From Phallusia mammillata (Eukaryota), in contig OZ281494.1 of NCBI GenBank assembly GCA_965637545.1, forward strand, positions 13,640,001 to 13,704,000: DNA of 64,000 nucleotides, given 5' to 3'. Made by a program: the position numbers and the translations under genes. Below the pieces are notes generated by a model that searched no databases, had not been told where the DNA came from, and worked only from the letters and a program-made list of their open reading frames with translations. Of this stretch, positions 39,596 to 64,000 are shown one piece after another. Within the stretch, counting starts at the first letter, position 1. Each line of letters opens with the position of its first letter.

Positions 39596-40016
39596 CAGCG
39601 GTTCCCAAACTGGGGTCCGCGGTCCTTTTGGGGTCCGTGAGGCAATTTTGGGGCGACCGCGAAGCGGTTGAAGTAATTCTATAATCTTATTTGGCGTCAG
39701 TTTGTGCCACTAAATAAGTTTAAATCAAAGTAGAATTGAGAATCGACTGTCTCCATTGCTAAACAATGGCCTTTATTGAATGACAACTATCAAAAATGCA
39801 ATTGTTCGCGCATAATCGTAATGTTTTTTGTCCTGTCTGTGATGTCATATGCTGTCTTTGGATGATTGTTATGCGCAATTTTGCATAACTAGCTAAAATA
39901 CTTCAATCAACTTTCGTTTTTATGAAATACACATTTAGGCTTAAGGACCGCGAGCCCTCGAAATAATGGCAAAGGGACCGTTTTGAAAAAAATATGAAAA
40001 AGTTTGGGAACCACTG
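39596..40016. mobile_element. hAT MITE
   Basis: CAGCGGTTCCCAAACT / AGTTTGGGAACCACTG; perfect TSD ATGTAAAC. Confidence 0.9.
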
Positions 40017-41141
40017 ATGTAAACAAAAGAAGGATAGCAGGTAAACATTCGCTTCGGTATGTAACCATGTGATAAAAGAAACAAATTTGCTAATCGCCAC
40101 AGAAAGATCTTGCATATCCCACATAAGTTTACATTTACACGTAAAAAAACGCAGGATCTGGGATGAAATGTGATTGTAAAAAGCGTTTGTTGCTTTGCCG
40201 GCTATCACAAAATCGCTTGCAAATCCATGTTTGAAAACCGGTAAGTTGCACATATTTGCCATCATGCCTGTGCTTAGGGTGCAAAAATAGTGACATTACC
40301 AAAGTGAAACTTCTTTTTTTCTGGGCAAAATTTTGCGGTCCTATACCAATATAGGTATCTAGAATTGCTGCATTGTACGCAAAAATAAGCTATTTTAAAT
40401 AGTTAAGGCAGTGGATCTCAACCTGGAGTATGCGTACCACTGGTAGCCTATACTCCAGAGCTTTAGTAGTGCACTGTAGGTGGTACGCGAGTAGGTTTAT
40501 GTTAAACTTAATTTAAGTCAGATCAAAAATTGTAACTCAACTGACCCAACTGATTAGTCTTGGTTTAGGGCGAAATTTGTGTTTTGGACATTCCTTTAAA
40601 ACTGCTAACTATGCTGGTTTCGGAAATATGCTAGCTTGTCGAGGCTTTTTCTTCGATGTTTCATTGAGACTTAGCAAATATATGCTTGTAGTATTAATGG
40701 CAAGCCTAGTATTTTTTGAGAAACGGATTTAAATGAACACAATACGCCTAAATTAGTCTTCAGATTTGAATTTATGCCTGGAGTATTGGTAGCAAGCTAA
40801 GCATTTTTTGAAAGATTGATTTTAACTAAACACTATGCATAAACTAGCCTTGAAATTTCCTCAAACTTTTATAACCATGAGCAAAAAAAAACAGATAATT
40901 CACAATATTTGCGTGACAGTGAAAATGGAAGGCTAATGTCCACAAGTTACAATGATCGATTCAATTGCCGTACAACGTGGTAGAGTAATGAATGTCAAAA
41001 TATTTGCTTCTTTATTAAACCTACATGTCAAATTAAACCCTGTTTTAGAACCGCCAGTTTAATAGCAAAAGAAAAATGACCTGCAACTATCGAGCATGCC
41101 AAAGTAGGGAAAAGTATTTTAATACCACAGAAACCGGATAC

Positions 41142-41425
41142 TTCAACACTTGTCACATGAAATAAAACCGGCTCATTGTATTGCAATCACGCACAACAGA
41201 CATAATTAAAACTTTAGCAACAACGTGATTATATGACCAGAAAATCGATAGTGATGCAAACATGTACTAATATATTACAAGTATGAATCGGGGAAAAAAT
41301 TCCGACAGGGTCATCCGGGGCCTGGGCCTATGACAAGAGGGTGAAAAGGGAATAGGCCTTTAGCACTGGGAAGATTAACCTAATATCGATAGGAAAGGGC
41401 GGGATGATAAGCACAGCATAACATT
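41142..41425 (-). promoter_or_regulatory. Conserved 3' UTR blocks of SERCA-B (41142-41223, 41378-41425), shared with SERCA-C
   Basis: Align to 50238-50322 and 50565-50612 (e.g. GTATTGCAATCACGC.CAACAGACA.AATTAAAACT.TAGCAACAA and ACCTAATATCGATA...CACAGCATAACATT on the plus strand). Confidence 0.55.
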
Positions 41426-41523
41426 ATGCAATAATTTAAAATGAAAAGAAAAAGGTTTGTAGGATAGTGAACGAAAATTTAGTGAAGGTTTTTCCTCTTC
41501 GGTTGGAAAGGTCGATCGTTAGT

Positions 41524-46555
<5,032 letters not shown>

Positions 46556-46826
46556 TTTGAAGATGCCTTGTTATTTTGCGATGACTAACAATAAATTAAT
46601 TGTGTTGATCTAAAAAATTAGATCCAACTGCGCGAGAATAAATAATATTTTTTTTGAAATGAACAGCTGCTCTGCAATATTTCACATATTCGAAAGCTGA
46701 TGATCGGTTTGGTCTCGCTGGGTCGAGTTCTTTTAATGTAAGCGCTAGTTCTTTTACTGACTGTTGTTTCTTAAGCTGATTGCAACTGATGAGTAACTGG
46801 ACAAGGACGGGCGGTTTTATAGCGAG

Positions 46827-46996
46827 CAAACAACTGGCAATCCGAGCATCCCGCTGAGCCACCCAAGGTGACAATGACGACGTGATATGATAATGTTAGC
46901 GCTTATGTAAGGTCAGCTGGTCACCACGCATGCATCAAAGTCGGTTTGTGCGCAAATTTGCAAGGGGTTATTTCCAATTGGAAAGACTTGGTAACA
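46827..46996 (-). promoter_or_regulatory. Proximal upstream block of SERCA-B, conserved with SERCA-A
   Basis: GCTTATGTAAGGTCAGCTGG (46901-46920) and TTCCAATTGGAA (46972-46983) are identical to the A copy. Confidence 0.6.
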
Positions 46997-47529
46997 GCTA
47001 AACCGAATCTGTCATTTATTCTACATTTTATACTGTTTTGAATTTTTGATGATTTGTCAAATATGCTTAGCTATCGTGTTACGTACCTCAGTGCATTTTC
47101 ACATTTATGAGTCTCTAAAGCGGTTTTCAACATTTTAAATTGTCGGGGCCAAATGGTAGTTTTTTTAAGTGTGCAAGGAGCCGCAAAAAAACGAAAGCTC
47201 AGAAAATCGCTAAAGATAGTTACCTTGAAAGCCAAAATAGCAATTTTTGGTGGTTTTCTGAGGTCTGGTGCAAGACGCAAAATAAGTAGTTGGGAGTCGC
47301 ATACGGTAAAAATGATTTATTAAGGCGTTTTCACCGACCGGTGTGAATGTTAATTTGCCAGCCAAACGTACAATTGTCCTGTAACGCAACAGTCGGTAAT
47401 ACAATTAGTGTTCCATTGGAAAACTCAAAATCGCCTGCTTGCTGTGAATATTGGAAAGTGGAATCAGTTTATAACTCACCTCGTGGAACATGTGTGTTTG
47501 CTTACGGTAGGTGTGTTATGTGTCTAAGC

Positions 47530-47976
47530 CAGTGGTTCCCAACCTTTTTTTGACGCGACCCAAATACTTCCCAAAATTTTGTTTTGTGGTCTCTCGCGAC
47601 CCATGGACATACATTCTTACTATTTTGGTTGTATCACGAAAGTTTTATAAAAATTACTACGCCAGTTTTGAAAAATAAATTATCAAACAAATAATAATCG
47701 TTTTATTGACCAAACATTTCCATTTAGCCCAAACTTGAGAACTGGTTCAAAGCATTATAATGCTGATAATTATCAGCCAGACAACGCTCAACAGTGATCT
47801 AACACATATTTTATGAAGTCACAAACATAATTACCCATTATCACGTCATGTTGTCACAAAATTATTATTTGGCAACAAAGTCTTGGGAAATAAAATGAGA
47901 ACACTACGAAACAAAGTCAAATAGTAGATGTTTTTGTTAAAAAAACAGGCGACCCAACAGAATTTTTGAAACACTG
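47530..47976. mobile_element. hAT MITE upstream of SERCA-B
   Basis: Left TIR CAGTGGTTCCCAACC, degenerate right end ...GAAACACTG; perfect TSD GTCTAAGC. Confidence 0.8.
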
Positions 47977-48710
47977 GTCTAAGCGCCCGGCAAGGAATTT
48001 AATTTATACATTGTTGTTTTCATTAGCAGCAAAAATTGCTCATTTGAGTAAGATTTCAGCTGCCGTATGTGTATTGTGCTGCTAAGTTGTGCTGTAACTT
48101 CTTATGTGTACAATTTGTTCGTGTAAACCCGAGAAGTATTTTATTGTGCTGTAGAATTTCTTCCGTCTTACCAGGTGGCGAAACAGTTGGTATGCTTAGT
48201 GATTGTGTGGTTATGTGCGATTTCGTAAAGTTTAAGAGCATACATTTTTATTAAGTCGTTTTTCCCAAAATAATTTTTTAAAATGAGTTATTGCCTAAAT
48301 AAACATTACTTCATTAGTATCTTGAAGCCCACGTTTTCCCAATTTTATTCCTGACCTTTGTTTCACCTATTGCAAAATCATCAACTACAGTTTACGCAAG
48401 GGTCAGCTCGTCGACTCGGGTCGTATGAGTTGTTAGAACTTTTAAAGAAGTGTATTGCAAACCCGAGCCCAACAGCATCTGTCAGCGACGCCAACCTTCA
48501 ACGGCAATTCCATTTGTCAGTTTGCAGATAAGCCACAAGGAGTGAAAAGAACAATTGAGGCTTTGGAAGCAACGGAGACGGCAGCGGATTGGGCGAATTT
48601 CAGCACTTAGGTTTGCTAGTTTACAGAGGCGCGCGATGATAGGTTACAGTTCTGAGCTTATGTGTTTTGACTTGTAAAATAGAGGCACAAGTGGTTAGAT
48701 TTCTGTTATT

Positions 48711-49064
48711 CAGGGTTCCCGCTGGTATGGAAAACCTGGAAAGGTTATGGAAAATTTGTATTTTTAAGGCCTGGAAAAGTTTTGAAAAAAGCCAACTGTT
48801 GTTAAAGTTCTTGAAAAAGTATGGAATTTGGTGCCTGTTTTACCCTGAAAATGCTAGATAGAGATAGGAATTTCAAATCACGCAACGTTTGTATATTCGT
48901 TGCAAGTATGGTAAATTGACTGCATATGCCAAAGCCTCTTTTCCAGTTTTACTATGGGAATAGTTCGATTTTTTTTCAATTAAGGTTATGGAAATTTGGG
49001 TTTTTTTCCTGTAAAGTTTTGAAAAAGTCATGAAATTATAAACGAAAATTGCGCTGGAACCCTG
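48711..49064. mobile_element. Unclassified MITE with CAGGGTTC termini
   Basis: CAGGGTTCCCGC / GCGCTGGAACCCTG; internal repeated (T)GGAAAA motifs; flanked by a 6-bp direct repeat GTTATT. Confidence 0.65.
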
Positions 49065-49478
49065 GTTATTTATAAAGCTTTTGTGTTAATTATATTTCTA
49101 CTAAACAGAGTTACCCCTACCGTTTGAATTTTCAGGCAAAATGTGCTACTTTAGCCTAACTTACAAATGATAGTAGCAAATTTCTCAAAAGCAGAAGCAA
49201 AAGTCATATTTTCGTAGGAACTCTCAGGAAATATATCATGAAAAATCCCGGAATTTGGAACCTAATTATTTCAATTCCGATCCCGGGTTAATGAAAATTA
49301 CGCCAACTATACCTAGTAATTAGTATAGCGTATTGCTTAATCCTAAATTTTCCTTAGAAAATGATACAAATGCCATCCGGAAGCCTACGTCATCCTTGGC
49401 CAAACTAAGTTTTTACCATTTGTATATTTGCATGTACAACGTAGGCTACAAACGTGGTTTAGATGAGAATGTCTATTG

Positions 49479-49801
49479 CAGGGGTTCCCAACTGGGGGTA
49501 CTGGTACCCCTTTGGGGGTACGAGATTGAACATCAAGGGGTACGAAGATCCTTGGGACACAGAGCAGCTTTTCAAACATTTCATACCACAGTTTTATTTT
49601 GGAATTGTAAATGATATCATGCCATTGTGGTCCATGCTTTTCTTTTTGTGTAAAATACCGGTTTAACGTTTAATTGAGCTACAAAAGCAATTTATTTTAG
49701 CAATATATATCTGAAAAATTCCATTAGAATTTTTTGGGGGTACGAAGAATGCTTTGACCTGACAAAGGGGTACGAGCAGGAAAAAAGGTTGGGAACCCCT
49801 G
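49479..49801. mobile_element. hAT MITE
   Basis: CAGGGGTTCCCAAC / GTTGGGAACCCCTG; perfect TSD GTCTATTG. Confidence 0.92.
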
Positions 49802-51152
49802 GTCTATTGTGTGCAAGAACGAGCTACTTAACTACTGTGACTGACGGTAAAAAAACTTTTTGAGAAACTTTGTCCCAGAATCTAGTTCGATAAATTTGTA
49901 AAACACACTTGTAGTTGGACTAGATAATCCGTTGAGAATCACTTTTAAAATAGGATTCCATTTTGGAACAGTTCTGCTTGGATGATTTAAAGGCGAAATA
50001 TGTTGATACAATCCCTCGAATGCCCTTCAATTTGAAGAAAAACTAGTTTTCGTTTTGACGTCGCCCCTTTTGGAATAAGTAATACTGCTAAATGTAAGCC
50101 GCATAAATTAACTAAAGCATAGGAAACAACTTGTTGTAAGCATGTATGCGTGACATTGCAAAAGAAGCTATCGTACAACTGACCAACATACCCATAAAAG
50201 GTTTTGTAGTTTATCACAAAAGAATAATCCGGGCTAACTTCAATGCTTGTCCACATGAAATACAACCGGTTCAGTGTATTGCAATCACGCGCAACAGACA
50301 GAATTAAAACTCTAGCAACAAGGTAACACAAGCAGCGCCCTCTTTGGGCCTTATATTAAGAGGGAGTGAACGGAAACTATGACGAAAACGAGAACTTCAC
50401 ACAACGTATGTAAACACGCGATAAACCGACAATCGCAGCGTTTTATGAAGAGGGATAGGGAGGCGTTTAGAACTTTGGGTCAGTGGGAGCTTTTGAGTCG
50501 ACAGGTTGGTGAAAAACGGAGCAGTAACTAAAAAATAGGCATGTCCATAGCAGTGAGAAATCTTACCTAATATCGATACGGAAGGACGTGGTGATAAACA
50601 CAGCATAACATTTTAGACGGAAAGCATTACCTAAGAAAACCGAGGGTTGACAACAATAATTGTTAACTGTTTGGTGTTTTGTTCGAAAAAAACTAGAGTT
50701 AAATTATATTGCTGTATATAAGGTTCTGTGTTTAACAGCTAATAGGATTTTAAACTTCAAGGTAAAAATAAACCTAGACGCGGAACTGCATGTCATAAGA
50801 AATCTTTATATATTTACTGTCTTTACACGTGTGTACAATATAAAGTTATACGCAGGCGTACAGAACAACAAAAACACGAGAAGTCTACGATTTTTTTTTG
50901 TTTTCCATCATCAACAACAACAAAGACAGGGTGGTTTCGAAAAGTGGAGACAAACGAAAAAAACAGGATGACCACGACAGCCATTTGTGCAGAGAAATTT
51001 TCTACAGCAGAAATAAATTAGACGCTGATGAACGGCGAAGTATAGGCACGCTTTTTGTCTTTGTGCGTCAAACTGCTTCTTTCAGGGACAATTCTTTGTG
51101 TTTCGCCGGTTGTGGTGGTTTTTGATTTTGAAGGCGATTTCGAAGAGATTTT

Positions 51153-62673
<11,521 letters not shown>

Positions 62674-64000
62674 CTACAACCAAGTTTAAACGTGTAAATG
62701 TGTGAACAAAGTTAATTTTTATGTTCGACAATGGCTTAGGAAAAATTGTGTACCTGGCCACAACAGGGATATATTATGTTCAATTGTTAATACATTTTTG
62801 AAGGTTTTCTAAGCATGTGTTCAATAAGAGACAAGTATCATACTCACAAATATACAGTTTAGCAGATTTAAAAACTGAGAATGATCTTACGCTTAATACA
62901 ACCAAACGTTAATGAAAATTGAGAGCACTATATTTACAATGTATGCAGTTATTCAGGCACAATTGTGTCTGTGTTGACTAAGGGCGTGCTAGTTTAAAAA
63001 CCGTAGTGTTTAACATTTCAGCACCCAGCAGTCAGGAATCCACGCTATAAAATTCTTCCGCTTTTAAATGTGTGGGCTTATTACGTCGCAGATAATAAAA
63101 AAGCGGCTGCTATTAAAAGCTAAACAGAGTCATACGTGAAAACCCAATGTATTACGGTACATGCACGTTTTCCGCAGACCACGGTACTAAGGAGAAATGC
63201 CTAAATAGAACTTCTGATGTGTGCCTGCCAAATTTAAGTTTAAGTGGTAAACTGAGTCCAAGACTTTTTACTACGTTATCATGAGGATTCATTCACAAAA
63301 TTCGCCGTTCGTTTTTCCTCCATTTCAATTGACAACAAATCAGACCCACATTACAAACGATTACACTTGCGGAAAGATGGCGCAAGCGAGTATTTCAAAC
63401 TTCACAAAAGTACGTGGTATTAGGTTTCAAGACACGTCTCACTACGAACGAATGATGTAAGAACGCTGCAAAGACAATGAAAACAAAGAGCGTCTACGTA
63501 CACGTGTCCAAGAAATCGCGCGTGATTCTTATATGCGTAACCGTCACACGAAATCTGAAGGTAAACAAAAGAACTCACAAGTCAGGTGACTTGCGAACGC
63601 GGTGAACCGCAACGGCTACGCTACTTGACAGTTTCCCTGGTATTACATCCCCGGTATTACCTTGCTAAGCAGTAAGGTGAAAAGTTATTATTAGACAAAA
63701 TTGAAAGGGAGATTTTATAGTCGATTCGAGCGGTTGCGCGTCACTGTACGGAATGATTAGTCGTGTTGTAACCACGTAACTGCGAGGTGTTTGCTGTTGA
63801 CAAGATTGCGCTTTAATGGGGGCCAACTGAGGTTGCACAAATTACGCCAATATCCTGGCAATTTTTGTGAAGTGTCATGCCGAACAATAACTTTGTGTAT
63901 GTTCACCTCCTAGGGACATCCAAAAACCAGTATTTATCAAACAAAAAATGAGCCCGTTTTGGTACATAAACATGCTGATGCCTAAGGAAAACGAAAGGTA

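Noticed and set aside
32900-41500. Phospholamban/sarcolamban-like micropeptide gene near the SERCAs
   Set aside because: No short single-TM ORF with a convincing regulin pattern was seen by eye. The hydrophobic short ORFs in the track fall in MITEs or AT-rich intron/UTR sequence. Absence cannot be proven without Ribo-seq.

Overview
This is AT-rich, intron-containing animal DNA, probably from a tunicate (ascidian). That assignment is inferred from gene content and short introns, not from a database search. No prokaryotic features, CRISPR arrays or rRNA were seen. Contents in order: (1) The 3' end of an unidentified coiled-coil gene (1-1466). (2) A gene for a signal peptide-FN2-~20xLDLa-7TM GPCR with no leucine-rich repeats (4950-18526). 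Its introns hold an apparently intact 6-kb two-gene EnSpm/CACTA transposon, a truncated Penelope retroelement carrying a hammerhead-ribozyme motif, and several hAT MITEs. (3) A PLAC8/cornifelin-family gene (20099-25479, minus strand) whose last intron contains a complete intronless myosin XIX ORF on the same strand. (4) A calcium-handling cluster of three tandem SERCA pumps on the minus strand, with a divergent calmodulin-like gene between copies A and B. Copies A and B are compact, and copy C has long introns and is cut by the window edge. Copy C has a duplicated, frame-exclusive pair of 86-nt exons for M7/luminal loop 7-8 and candidate alternative C-terminal exons. The three pumps differ at the loop that binds phospholamban in vertebrate SERCA2a. 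All exon models were assembled by eye from GT/AG sites and phase consistency and need transcript confirmation.
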